DNA of 64,000 nucleotides from Escherichia coli (GTDB lineage Bacteria; Pseudomonadota; Gammaproteobacteria; Enterobacterales; Enterobacteriaceae): NCBI RefSeq assembly GCF_003334405.1, contig NZ_QOWM01000005.1; one strand, 5' to 3'. Shown piece by piece: positions 37,103 to 47,470 of this stretch (position 1 is its first letter; each line of letters starts with the position of its first letter). The notes under the pieces were generated by a model. It saw only the letters and a program-made list of their open reading frames with translations, ran no database searches and was not told where the DNA came from. The position numbers and the translations under genes were made by a program.

Positions 37103-39199
37103 TTAGCGGAAATTGACGCTACGGTCGCTGGTCATGTCATACAACTGGAACTTACGCCCAAGTTGCTGACCACCGTCACGCGTCAGCGGCGTCCAGCCAA
37201 TCGCCGCACGGCTGCGTGTCGGGCCAGACGAGAAGAGATCCAACGGTACCGAGACATACACGCCTTTGGTGAAGTCCCCTTCGCCGTACTCCTCTTTCGA
37301 AACATTAGTGATCGTGGCATAGCCACCCACCACCACGCCGCTATCAAAGCGTTTGGCGATCTCCAGCGTGCCGCCTTTATCCCCTGCCAGATACTGCCCG
37401 ACGCTGGCTTTAACTAACACATCCTGAGCGAAAGATGGCGTCCAGTAGGCGGTCAGATGTCCGGTTTTCACGCTGTAGTCGGTGAATTTCATCATATCTT
37501 TTGCACTACGCCAGTCGCGCTGTTTAACGTAGTTGGCATCCAGACCAAACGCCCAGTTGCTGTCCAGCGGGCGATACAACACTTCTGCCCCCGCACCGCC
37601 AAACATGGTTTCGAGATAACCACCGTAGACCTGACCGTAGAAGCCGTTGCCCAGATGCTGGAAGTAGTTGGCTTGCAGGTTATTCACATAGACATCGTTC
37701 TGCACATACTCGCGCACATGGGTACGCACGCGCGGTAAGTGCGAGTCCTGCGGAGGATTAGTGTAGTTAAACTTGTCGTAGTTGTTGGCAAGATTTGCAA
37801 ACAGGCTGCCGGTGGTCAGCAGATGGTCCGTCAGCCACAAATCTGCCGTTCCCATCACGCCCAGCTGATACATGTAAAAGTTTTCCGGGCCACCGACCGA
37901 CTGGTTCAGCACCGGATCGATATGGAAATCAAAGCGTGATTTGTCGATATACCAGCCCTGCTCGGTGGACTGCGGAACCACTGGCTCGACGCGTTTTTGC
38001 GCCAGCGTCGTTTCGTGGCCCAACGGCTCTCCGGCGAGATGATTTTTCAGGCTGGCGACATCGGTTTCCGTCGTCACCTGCGGCATGTTAAGGCGATTTT
38101 CCGTAATGCGGATCGTTTTGATCCCATCCGGCAGATCGTTCATCACGATCCGATTCGCACGGATGATCCCTTCGCGCGAATCACGATATTTCACCTGCTC
38201 GCCGGTAACATACAGCGTATCGCCTTTCGCCTGGATCTGTGGATCGGCAAGTCCGGCATTGTATTTCAACAGCGTTAACTGATTCGCCACCACCGAATGC
38301 TGCAAAATGGCATCCTGCGGCTGCGGTTGATATTGCGGGCGGGCGTTATCGTTGTAAGACGGGCGCAGATCGTTAAAGTTGGTGCGCAACGTAACGCCAA
38401 ACATAAAGGTGTTGCCACGTTCATAGCTAAGGTTAACGTCGGCCCAATCGGTAACGCGATAAATCGCACCGACGTTAAACTTACTTTTTTGCTCCAGCTT
38501 CCCGGCAAAATCCTGCTGATAATTATTGCCTTCATACTCCAGTTTCAGGCGCAGCGGTTGCCAGGGCGTCTGGTATTCCACGCCGCCAAACAGTGAGGCA
38601 GGACCGTGGAACATCTGGCTACCGTCGATAGATCCCGCCTGTTTGTAGCTGTTATCGCGATAGCAATATTTATCACTGGCTGAACAGAGCGGATTTTTCA
38701 CATTACCGCTGGTGCCCAAATATCCCCAGCCCAGGCCGAGCGTAAAATCGAACGGCCCCCAGGCTTTGCTGGCAACAAGATATTCCGCATCAAACAGCCC
38801 CGTACCGCCGATATCCCGCGCACCAACCGCCACTTGCGGCAGCCAGTAACTCTCTTCCCACAAACGCAGTTTGAGATCGAAGGCTTTATCTTTATACGTT
38901 TGATCGCCAGAGAACGCTTCGACGCTGCTGTACTGCCGGGTGCGCACGTCGGTGTAGCGCAGCGTTGTTTCCAGCCACGGGAAGAGTTGCACTGAAGCTG
39001 AGTAATAACGGTACTGATCGTTATCGCGATAGTTCAGACTCAACTCCCCTTCCCGTGCCATACGCGCGGTGGGCGTTTGTAATAATCCTACGCCACCGAA
39101 ATCCGACTGCGACGGACCAATGGGCGCAGGATATGTTTCGCCGTAGCAAGCTGTGCTAATGCCCAGCGCCAGTAAGCTAAGCAGATGTCTTTTTTTCAT
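37103..39199 (-). CDS. yjbH: YjbH, GfcD-like outer-membrane beta-barrel lipoprotein (698 aa)
   Basis: ORF 37103..39199, [20 protein letters not shown] lipoprotein-type signal, C-terminal ...RSVNFR; last gene of yjbEFGH. Confidence 0.88.
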   Translation of the reverse strand: MKKRHLLSLLALGISTACYGETYPAPIGPSQSDFGGVGLLQTPTARMAREGELSLNYRDNDQYRYYSASVQLFPWLETTLRYTDVRTRQYSSVEAFSGDQTYKDKAFDLKLRLWEESYWLPQVAVGARDIGGTGLFDAEYLVASKAWGPFDFTLGLGWGYLGTSGNVKNPLCSASDKYCYRDNSYKQAGSIDGSQMFHGPASLFGGVEYQTPWQPLRLKLEYEGNNYQQDFAGKLEQKSKFNVGAIYRVTDWADVNLSYERGNTFMFGVTLRTNFNDLRPSYNDNARPQYQPQPQDAILQHSVVANQLTLLKYNAGLADPQIQAKGDTLYVTGEQVKYRDSREGIIRANRIVMNDLPDGIKTIRITENRLNMPQVTTETDVASLKNHLAGEPLGHETTLAQKRVEPVVPQSTEQGWYIDKSRFDFHIDPVLNQSVGGPENFYMYQLGVMGTADLWLTDHLLTTGSLFANLANNYDKFNYTNPPQDSHLPRVRTHVREYVQNDVYVNNLQANYFQHLGNGFYGQVYGGYLETMFGGAGAEVLYRPLDSNWAFGLDANYVKQRDWRSAKDMMKFTDYSVKTGHLTAYWTPSFAQDVLVKASVGQYLAGDKGGTLEIAKRFDSGVVVGGYATITNVSKEEYGEGDFTKGVYVSVPLDLFSSGPTRSRAAIGWTPLTRDGGQQLGRKFQLYDMTSDRSVNFR

Positions 39200-39936
39200 T
39201 ATTGAGGTATCCGCTGCGTCAGAGTCTGAAGAATGTCGGCGTTAAGGGCATCAGGCGTCTCACTCCAGACGGAGTCCGCGAGGCCAACATAAATAATGCT
39301 GCCGGGCATCGGCTCTACGTGACGCTTGTTCCAGTAAGCCACCGGCGCTTTTTGCGTGCGTCCGTCCGGGTAAACCACCCACGCGTAGCTGCGATCCGCA
39401 CCGCTGAGCAGGCTCTGGTCAGAGAGATAGCTCGCCACGTCGCGACCTGGAGTGAATGGCTGCTTGCCAGGACGGCTGATAAGCCCGAACAACGTGACCG
39501 TGGACGGCGGTGGTCCGACCCACAGCGTGTAGTTGCCCTGCAACGGCGGGTTACCGCGTTCGGCAACGCGGACGATATCGGGATCAAGATTGATTTTTTG
39601 CCTGCCCGTCACTTTCAACGCCTGAATTTGCTGGCGTAAGGCGTTAATCGCAGCGGCATCGTCGGCGCTGGAATCTGCGCCCTGTTCTGCCAGCCGTGTC
39701 AGCAACGCCTGCTGCTGACGCAATGCTGCCGCCGTTGCCAGCTCTTCGCTAATCACCGCACCGGGCCACCAGCTGTTTGCCAGCCGCGGTTGGCCTACCA
39801 GATCGATTAAATGCTCTGCGCCCGTTAGCGTTTTGGCCTCACTGCTGCCATTGCTGAACACCTTGACGGTTCCTGCCGCGAAGACCGATGACGCTCCCAC
39901 ACTCAAAAGCAACGCGACAATAGTTTGTTTAATCAT
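39199..39936 (-). CDS. yjbG: YjbG, GfcC-like periplasmic protein (245 aa)
   Basis: ORF 39199..40032 trimmed to [27 protein letters not shown] signal peptide; stop overlaps yjbH start (TAATG). Confidence 0.85.
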   Translation of the reverse strand: MIKQTIVALLLSVGASSVFAAGTVKVFSNGSSEAKTLTGAEHLIDLVGQPRLANSWWPGAVISEELATAAALRQQQALLTRLAEQGADSSADDAAAINALRQQIQALKVTGRQKINLDPDIVRVAERGNPPLQGNYTLWVGPPPSTVTLFGLISRPGKQPFTPGRDVASYLSDQSLLSGADRSYAWVVYPDGRTQKAPVAYWNKRHVEPMPGSIIYVGLADSVWSETPDALNADILQTLTQRIPQ

Positions 39937-40571
39937 TGTTTTGCCGCCTTGATGAGAGTGGTTTTCACCGGAAAATAATCCGCGCCGAGATACTGTTCCG
40001 ACTGGCGAATTTGCCCTTCGCTGTCGATCCAATAGCGGTTATGCCAGCGCGCCTGGTCGGTGGAGACTTCTTCGTCCAGCACGCGAACCGGGGTTTCATC
40101 GCTGCCGACTTTGACGGTATCGGTGCCATCCCATTTGAAGACTGAGCGTGCGGTGGCGTAGCGTACCTGCTGGTACTCGGTCCAGCCCATCGTGCGCGTC
40201 CAGCTTGCGCCATCAACGATTTGTGCGGGTTTAATCAGCGGGTCGGCAGCAAGGTTATTCACTTCAATCAGGTTGTCGCCGCCGAGCAGAGTCTTCACCA
40301 GACGGCCATGTTGGGTAACGAGAGTAGCCTGATCCTGAGTGACCCATTTTTGTTGTCCGTCTTCAGCGAAGGCCAGCACCACAAATAACTGCGGCCCGCC
40401 ATTAAGCTGCATGTACTGGCTGGCGTAGGGCATATTTTGAATATCATCATCCGTCAGCTGTACGCCTGGCGTGCCGAACAGACTGTCCCACAGTGAATTG
40501 CCCAGCTCTTTAGTCGTGGCTGAACAGGCCTGTAATAACAGGCAGATAAGAATGAGTGCAGGTCGCTTCAC
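39933..40571 (-). CDS. yjbF: YjbF, GfcB-like lipoprotein (212 aa), GTG start
   Basis: ORF 39933..40601; GTG at 40569-40571 gives (M)KRPALILICLLLQACSATTKELG lipobox; 4-nt overlap with yjbG start. Confidence 0.8.
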   Translation of the reverse strand: MKRPALILICLLLQACSATTKELGNSLWDSLFGTPGVQLTDDDIQNMPYASQYMQLNGGPQLFVVLAFAEDGQQKWVTQDQATLVTQHGRLVKTLLGGDNLIEVNNLAADPLIKPAQIVDGASWTRTMGWTEYQQVRYATARSVFKWDGTDTVKVGSDETPVRVLDEEVSTDQARWHNRYWIDSEGQIRQSEQYLGADYFPVKTTLIKAAKQ

Positions 40572-40684
40572 GACTCTTCTCCAGAGGGGCAGAATAACCA
40601 CACCGGAGTGTGGTTATGGTTAATCCCTTCATACTTCTAGCCACAGATGCAATGACTCGAATTATTTTGGGGATACATACTTTA

Positions 40685-40927
40685 TTACTGGGTACTGGTG
40701 GTCGTGGTTGTGGTGGTCCCGGTATTAGAACCATCACCGCCACCGGTTGCCGCAAGCGCGACACCCACCGCCGAGCTTACGGTGCTGACGCTGGTCGCGG
40801 AGGAACTCCCCGCCGAAACCGACGTTGCTGCCGACCCTGCCGCTTCGCCCACCTGTACAGGTGCAGCCCACGCAGAAGTCGCCGCAAGCGCAGATATGGC
40901 AAAAATGCCATACAGAACTTTTTTCAT
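40685..40927 (-). CDS. yjbE: YjbE, GfcA-like secreted Ala/Ser/Thr/Gly-rich low-complexity protein (80 aa)
   Basis: ORF 40685..40927, [52 protein letters not shown]...[15 protein letters not shown]. Confidence 0.85.
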
Positions 40928-41233
40928 AACAATTTCCCTTCATTGAATGAATGGAGATTTACCCAAAAACATTTCGGGCGGGATCGAGTATACACAACTA
41001 AAGCATGCGAATTACGGCGCGGGGAATTAGCGATGGCGTTTTAGGATAATTGGAATGAATATCAAATATAAGTTTCAACTTATATTTAAATAACAATAAA
41101 AATCATAAACTTAAAATAAAAACAAAAGCAATTAATCTGCGTATTTTCCGAAATAAACAACGATTAAAAATCTATTTTAGGATTAACCTCATGGTATGAT
41201 TTCCGTTAAATCACAGACAAGGGGATTTATCTG

Positions 41234-41262
41234 ATAAAAAAATGCCGACATAACGTCGGCAT
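41234..41262 (-). terminator. intrinsic terminator downstream of pgi
   Basis: atgccgac-ataa-cgtcggcat preceded on plus strand by aaaaaaa (T-run on minus strand). Confidence 0.75.
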
Positions 41263-41335
41263 TGTTATTAAGGTTATTTAATCAATCGTGCTATGTATTA
41301 ATTGCCGAATACGATGTACATATCGGCATCGACCT

Positions 41336-41412
41336 GTAGGCCTGATAAGACGCGACCGCGTCGCATCAGGCATCGGTTGCCGGATGCGGCGTGAACGCCT
41401 TATCCGGCCTAC
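41336..41412. repeat. REP/BIME cluster downstream of pgi
   Basis: gtaggcctgataagacgcgaccgcgtcgcatcaggc and gccggatgcggcgtgaacgccttatccggcctac. Confidence 0.85.
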
Positions 41413-41425
41413 ATATCGACGATGA

Positions 41426-43075
41426 TTAACCGCGCCACGCTTTATAGCGGTTAATCAGACCATTGGTCGAGCTATCGTGGCTGCTGATTTCTTTATCATC
41501 TTTCAGCTCTGGCAGAATACGGTTCGCCAGCTGTTTACCCAGTTCCACGCCCCACTGGTCGAAGGTGAAGATGTTCAGGATCACGCCCTGAGTAAAGATT
41601 TTGTGCTCATACAGCGCAATCAACGCACCCAGGCTGAACGGAGTGATTTCACGCAGCAGGATGGAGTTGGTCGGGCGGTTACCTTCGAATACTTTGAACG
41701 GCACCACGTAGTCAAGCGTTGCCGGATCTTTACCCTGATCACGATATTCCTGCTCAACCACTTCGCGGGATTTACCAAACGCCAGCGCTTCGGTCTGGGC
41801 GAAGAAGTTAGACAGCAGTTTCTGGTGATGATCAGAGAGCGGGTTATGGGTGATAGCCGGAGCGATGAAATCGCACGGTACCATTTTGGTTCCCTGGTGG
41901 ATCAGCTGGTAGAACGCGTGCTGACCGTTAGTGCCTGGTTCACCCCAGATAATCGGGCCAGTCTGGTAATCCACAACGTTACCGTTACGGTCAACATACT
42001 TACCGTTGGACTCCATATTGCCCTGCTGGAAGTACGCCGCGAAACGGTGCATATACTGGTCATACGGCAGAATCGCTTCAGTTTCCGCACCAAAGAAATT
42101 GTTGTACCAGATGCCAATCAGCGCCAGCAGTACAGGCAGGTTTTTCTCGGCAGGCGTGGTGGAGAAATGCTTGTCCATCGCGTGTGCGCCGGAAAGCAGT
42201 TCAACGAAGTTATCAAAGCCGATGGAGAGAACAATCGACAGGCCAATCGCTGACCACAAAGAGTAACGGCCGCCAACCCAGTCCCAGAACTCGAACATGT
42301 TGGCAGTATCAATACCAAACTCGCCAACGGCTTTGGCATTGGTGGAAAGCGCCGCAAAGTGTTTTGCAACGTGTTTTTCATCACCTGCCGCTTTCAGGAA
42401 CCAGTCACGCGCGCTATGGGCGTTGGTCATAGTTTCCTGAGTGGTGAAGGTTTTAGATGCTACCAGGAACAGCGTGGTTTCCGGGTTTACTTTTTTCAGC
42501 ACTTCCGCGATGTGAGTCCCATCGACGTTAGAAACAAAGTGCATGTTCAGGTGGTTTTTGTACGGACGCAGAGCTTCGGTCACCATGTATGGGCCGAGGT
42601 CAGAACCGCCGATCCCGATGTTCACTACGTCAGTGATTGCTTTGCCGGTATAACCTTTCCACTCACCGGAAATAATCGCTTCTGAGAAGGTTTTCATCTT
42701 CTCCAGCACCGCGTTGACTTCCGGCATTACGTCTTTGCCATCAACCAAAATCGGGGTATTGCTACGGTTACGCAGCGCTACGTGCAGCACGGCGCGGTTT
42801 TCAGTGCGGTTGATCTTCTCGCCAGAGAACATCGACTTAATCGCGCCCGCCAGATCGCACTCTTTCGCCAGATCCTGTAATTTCGCCAGCGTCTCTTCAG
42901 TGATGCGGTTTTTGGAGTAATCCACCAGCATCTGATCGTCGAAGGTTGCGGAGAACTTAGAAAAACGATCGCCGTCTTTAGCAAAAAGATCGGCGATCGT
43001 AACGTCTTTCATTTCATCGAAGTGTTTCTGTAGTGCCTGCCAGGCAGCGGTCTGCGTTGGATTGATGTTTTTCAT
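41426..43075 (-). CDS. pgi: glucose-6-phosphate isomerase Pgi (549 aa)
   Basis: ORF 41426..43081 trimmed to [35 protein letters not shown]... Confidence 0.98.
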
Positions 43076-43293
43076 TAGCAATACTCTTCTGATTTTGAGA
43101 ATTGTGACTTTGGAAGATTGTAGCGCCAGTCACAGAAAAATGTGATGGTTTTAGTGCCGTTAGCGTAATGTTGAGTGTAAACCCTTAGCGCAGTGAAGCA
43201 TTTATTAGCTGAACTACTGACCGCCAGGAGTGGATGAAAAATCCGCATGACCCCATCGTTGACAACCGCCCCGCTCACCCTTTATTTATAAAT

Positions 43294-43599
43294 GTACTAC
43301 CTGCGCTAGCGCAGGCCAGAAGAGGCGCGTTGCCCAAGTAACGGTGTTGGAGGAGCCAGTCCTGTGATAACACCTGAGGGGGTGCATCGCCGAGGTGATT
43401 GAACGGCTGGCCACGTTCATCATCGGCTACAGGGGCTGAATCCCCTGGGTTGTCACCAGAAGCGTTCGCAGTCGGGCGTTTCGCAAGTGGTGGAGCACTT
43501 CTGGGTGAAAATAGTAGCGAAGTATCGCTCTGCGCCCACCCGTCTTCCGCTCTTCCCTTGTGCCAAGGCTGAAAATGGATCCCCTGACACGAGGTAGTT
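43294..43599 (+). promoter_or_regulatory. lysC leader containing lysine riboswitch (L-box)
   Basis: long structured leader upstream of lysC with L-box-like conserved segments (AGAGGCGC, GGAGGAGCC, GGGGCTGAATCCCCTGGG stem-loops); position matches recalled lysC leader. Confidence 0.75.
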
Positions 43600-44949
43600 A
43601 TGTCTGAAATTGTTGTCTCCAAATTTGGCGGTACCAGCGTAGCTGATTTTGACGCCATGAACCGCAGCGCTGATATTGTGCTTTCTGATGCCAACGTGCG
43701 TTTAGTTGTCCTCTCGGCTTCTGCTGGTATCACTAATCTGCTGGTCGCTTTAGCTGAAGGACTGGAACCTGGCGAGCGATTCGAAAAACTCGACGCTATC
43801 CGCAACATCCAGTTTGCCATTCTGGAACGTCTGCGTTACCCGAACGTTATCCGTGAAGAGATTGAACGTCTGCTGGAGAACATTACTGTTCTGGCAGAAG
43901 CGGCGGCGCTGGCAACGTCTCCGGCGCTGACAGATGAGCTGGTCAGCCACGGCGAGCTGATGTCGACCCTGCTGTTTGTTGAGATCCTGCGCGAACGCGA
44001 TGTTCAGGCACAGTGGTTTGATGTACGTAAAGTGATGCGTACCAACGACCGATTTGGTCGTGCAGAGCCAGATATAGCCGCGCTGGCGGAACTGGCCGCG
44101 CTGCAGCTGCTCCCACGTCTCAATGAAGGCTTAGTGATCACCCAGGGATTTATCGGTAGCGAAAATAAAGGTCGTACAACGACGCTTGGCCGTGGAGGCA
44201 GCGATTATACGGCAGCCTTGCTGGCGGAGGCTTTACACGCATCTCGTGTTGATATCTGGACCGACGTCCCGGGCATCTACACCACCGATCCACGCGTAGT
44301 TTCCGCAGCAAAACGCATTGATGAAATCGCGTTTGCCGAAGCGGCAGAGATGGCAACTTTTGGTGCAAAAGTACTGCATCCGGCAACGTTGCTACCCGCA
44401 GTACGCAGCGATATCCCGGTCTTTGTCGGCTCCAGCAAAGACCCACGCGCAGGTGGTACGCTGGTGTGCAATAAAACTGAAAATCCGCCGCTGTTCCGCG
44501 CTCTGGCGCTTCGTCGCAATCAGACTCTGCTCACTTTGCACAGCCTGAATATGCTGCATTCTCGCGGTTTCCTCGCGGAAGTTTTCGGCATCCTCGCGCG
44601 GCATAATATTTCGGTAGACTTAATCACCACGTCAGAAGTGAGCGTGGCATTAACCCTTGATACCACCGGTTCAACCTCCACTGGCGATACGTTGCTGACG
44701 CAATCTCTGCTGATGGAGCTTTCCGCACTGTGTCGGGTGGAGGTGGAAGAAGGTCTGGCGCTGGTCGCGTTGATTGGCAATGACCTGTCAAAAGCCTGCG
44801 GCGTTGGCAAAGAGGTATTCGGCGTACTGGAACCGTTCAACATTCGCATGATTTGTTATGGCGCATCCAGCCATAACCTGTGCTTCCTGGTGCCCGGCGA
44901 AGATGCCGAGCAGGTGGTGCAAAAACTGCATAGTAATTTGTTTGAGTAA
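43600..44949 (+). CDS. lysC: lysine-sensitive aspartokinase III LysC (449 aa)
   Basis: ORF 43600..44949, MSEIVVSKFGGTSVADFDAMNRSADIVLSDANVRLVVLSASAGITNLLVALAEG... Confidence 0.98.
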   Translation: MSEIVVSKFGGTSVADFDAMNRSADIVLSDANVRLVVLSASAGITNLLVALAEGLEPGERFEKLDAIRNIQFAILERLRYPNVIREEIERLLENITVLAEAAALATSPALTDELVSHGELMSTLLFVEILRERDVQAQWFDVRKVMRTNDRFGRAEPDIAALAELAALQLLPRLNEGLVITQGFIGSENKGRTTTLGRGGSDYTAALLAEALHASRVDIWTDVPGIYTTDPRVVSAAKRIDEIAFAEAAEMATFGAKVLHPATLLPAVRSDIPVFVGSSKDPRAGGTLVCNKTENPPLFRALALRRNQTLLTLHSLNMLHSRGFLAEVFGILARHNISVDLITTSEVSVALTLDTTGSTSTGDTLLTQSLLMELSALCRVEVEEGLALVALIGNDLSKACGVGKEVFGVLEPFNIRMICYGASSHNLCFLVPGEDAEQVVQKLHSNLFE

Positions 44950-45201
44950 ATACTGTATGGCCTGGAAGCTATATTTCGGGCCGTATTGATTTTCTTGTCA
45001 CTATGCTCATCAATAAACGAGCCTGTACTCTGTTAACCAGCGTCTTTATCGGAGAATAATTGCCTTTAATTTTTTTATCTGCATCTCTAATTAATTATCG
45101 AAAGAGATAAATAGTTAAGAGAAGGCAAAATGAATATTATCAGTTCTGCTCGCAAACGAATTCCCGTACACTGAACTCTCTGGCTCACTGAGGGCACCAT
45201 C

Positions 45202-45474
45202 ATGGCACTCCCCCGTATTACCCAAAAAGAGATGACTGAACGCGAGCAGCGTGAACTTAAAACACTGCTGGATCGGGCGCGGATTGCGCATGGTCGCGTA
45301 TTGACCAACTCCGAAACCAACAGCATTAAGAAAGATTACATCGATAAATTAATGGTTGAGCGTGAGGCTGAAGCGAAAAAAGCCCGCCAGTTGAAGAAAA
45401 AGCAGGCTTATAAACCGGATCCTGAAGCGTCATTTAGCTGGTCAGCAAATACGTCGACGCGCGGCAGGCGCTAA
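45202..45474 (+). CDS. yjbD: uncharacterized basic protein YjbD (DUF3811, 90 aa)
   Basis: ORF 45202..45474, MALPRITQKEMTEREQRELKTLLDRARIAHGRVLTNSETNSIKKDYIDKLMVEREAEAKK... Confidence 0.8.
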   Translation: MALPRITQKEMTEREQRELKTLLDRARIAHGRVLTNSETNSIKKDYIDKLMVEREAEAKKARQLKKKQAYKPDPEASFSWSANTSTRGRR

Positions 45475-45606
45475 TCCACAATCAACGCCTGAGATTTTCA
45501 CTCGTCAGTGTGAACACAATTTTCCCCTCACCCTAACCCTTTTCCCGAAGGGGCGAGGGGACTGTCCGGGCACTTTTGGGCCGTTTTCATCAGTCTGAGG
45601 CGTTAA

Positions 45607-46479
45607 TCAGCGCCCCTTCTTTTTACGCCCCGGCGAGGTAAAACGCTTACCGTTGGACGCCGGGCGACCGCCTTTTTCCGCCGTTTTTTCCATCTTAACG
45701 ACTGGACGTTTGATGCCCGCTGTTTTCGGTTTGGCCTTCGCTTTAGGTTTTACCTCGGAAGAGGAATTTTCAATGAGCTTAAAGAGGTCGATTAACTCAT
45801 CGTCGGTTAAATCGCGCCATTCCCCCAGCGGAATGCCGCTTAAGCTAACGTTCATGATGCGCGTGCGTTCCAGCTTTTTCACTTCATAGCCGAAATGCTC
45901 GCACATGCGCCGGATCTGACGGTTCAGCCCCTGCACCAGGGTAATGCGGAAGACAAACGGCGCTTCTTTTTTAACTTTGCACTTTTTGGTCACTGTCCCG
46001 AGGATTGGCACCCCCGCACTCATGCCGCGAATAAACTCCTCGGTAATCGGTTTATCGACCGTCACCAGATACTCTTTCTCATGATCATTGCCAGCACGCA
46101 GGATCTTATTCACCAGATCGCCGTGATTGGTGAGGAAAATCAGCCCCTGGGAGTCTTTATCCAGGCGGCCAATCGGGAACACGCGTTTGCTGTGGTTAAC
46201 GAAATCGACAATGTTATCGCGCTCGCCATCTTCGGTGGTGCTTACAATACCAACGGGCTTGTTCAGGGCGATAAGTACCAAATCTTCGGCTTCCCGAGGT
46301 TCAATCAACTGACCGTTTACTTTCACAACGTCGCCGGGTTTCACCTGATCGCCAATGGTGGCTCGCTTGCCATTAAGGAACACATTGCCTTGCTCGATAT
46401 AGCGATCCGCTTCGCGGCGTGAGCAAATTCCGCTTTCGCTGATGTATTTATTTAAACGGACTGATGAGTCGGGCAGCAT
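45607..46479 (-). CDS. rluF: 23S rRNA pseudouridine synthase RluF (290 aa)
   Basis: ORF 45607..46479, [40 protein letters not shown] (S4 domain), RsuA-family catalytic [10 protein letters not shown] motif, basic Lys-rich tail. Confidence 0.95.
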
Positions 46480-46690
46480 AAATTCTCCTGTAAAAAACGG
46501 AATATACCGTACCTTTGGGTTGATAAAAAATAGTCATGAGCGAACTATTTGTTATTTCCATTGGCTTGAATTCGTTACCTGCTCAAATCACTTTCCAGAA
46601 GCAATGTGCGACATCGTGAGCCATGTCAGTAAGTGGTTAAATTCGCAGTGGTAGCATGCCTCCCGTGATTTCTTACTAACCGGAGAAGTA

Positions 46691-47380
46691 ATGGAACTGC
46701 TTTTATTGAGTAACTCGACGCTGCCGGGTAAAGCCTGGCTGGAACATGCACTGCCGCTAATTGCTGAACAGTTGCAGGGTCGCCGCTCAGCGGTGTTTAT
46801 CCCTTTCGCTGGCGTAACGCAGACCTGGGATGATTACACAGCGAAAACGGCTGCGGTTCTCGCTCCGCTGGGTGTTTCTGTCACCGGTATTCATAGCGTT
46901 GTCGATCCCGTTGCCGCGATTGAAAATGCTGAGATCGTGATTGTCGGCGGCGGGAATACTTTCCAGTTGCTGAAACAGTGCCGCGAGCGCGGGCTGCTGG
47001 CACCAATTACTGACGTGGTTAAACGTGGCGCTCTGTATATTGGCTGGAGCGCAGGCGCTAACCTTGCTTGCCCAACTATTCGTACCACCAACGATATGCC
47101 GATTGTCGATCCGCAAGGTTTCGATGCGCTAAATCTGTTCCCGCTGCAAATCAACCCGCACTTCACCAACGCGCTGCCGGAAGGCCATAAAGGTGAAACC
47201 CGTGAGCAGCGTATTCGCGAACTGCTGGTCGTCGCGCCAGAACTGACGATTATTGGTCTACCGGAAGGTAACTGGATCACAGTGAGTAAAGGTCACGCTA
47301 CGCTGGGTGGCCCGAACACCACTTATGTGTTTAAGGCTGGTGAAGAAGCGGTTCCGCTGGAAGCTGGTCACCGTTTTTAA
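46691..47380 (+). CDS. pepE: peptidase E (alpha-aspartyl dipeptidase, 229 aa)
   Basis: ORF 46691..47380, [49 protein letters not shown]..., GWSAGAN serine motif. Confidence 0.95.
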
Positions 47381-47387
47381 GTGAATT

Positions 47388-47457
47388 GCCGGATGCATGA
47401 TCCGGCATCTTGTTCATAGTGCCTGATGCGACGCTTGACGCGTCTTATCAGGCCTAC
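47388..47457. repeat. REP-like palindromic elements between pepE and yjbB
   Basis: gccggatgcatgatccggc and gcctgatgcgacgcttgacgcgtcttatcaggcctac. Confidence 0.75.
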
Positions 47458-47470
47458 AGGATTCACAATA

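Noticed and set aside
40928-41233. Possible unannotated small RNA or gene in the 300-bp AT-rich region upstream of yjbE
   Set aside because: It has no ORF of meaningful length with a ribosome-binding site, and the only terminator-like hairpin (41234..41262) is oriented for pgi. It is most simply the regulatory region of yjbEFGH; I could not identify specific factor-binding sites with confidence.
45087-45326. 79-codon minus-strand ORF overlapping yjbD
   Set aside because: It is antisense to a same-size ORF (yjbD) that has the better start context and a coherent basic, helical translation; the antisense translation is Ser/Arg-rich noise.
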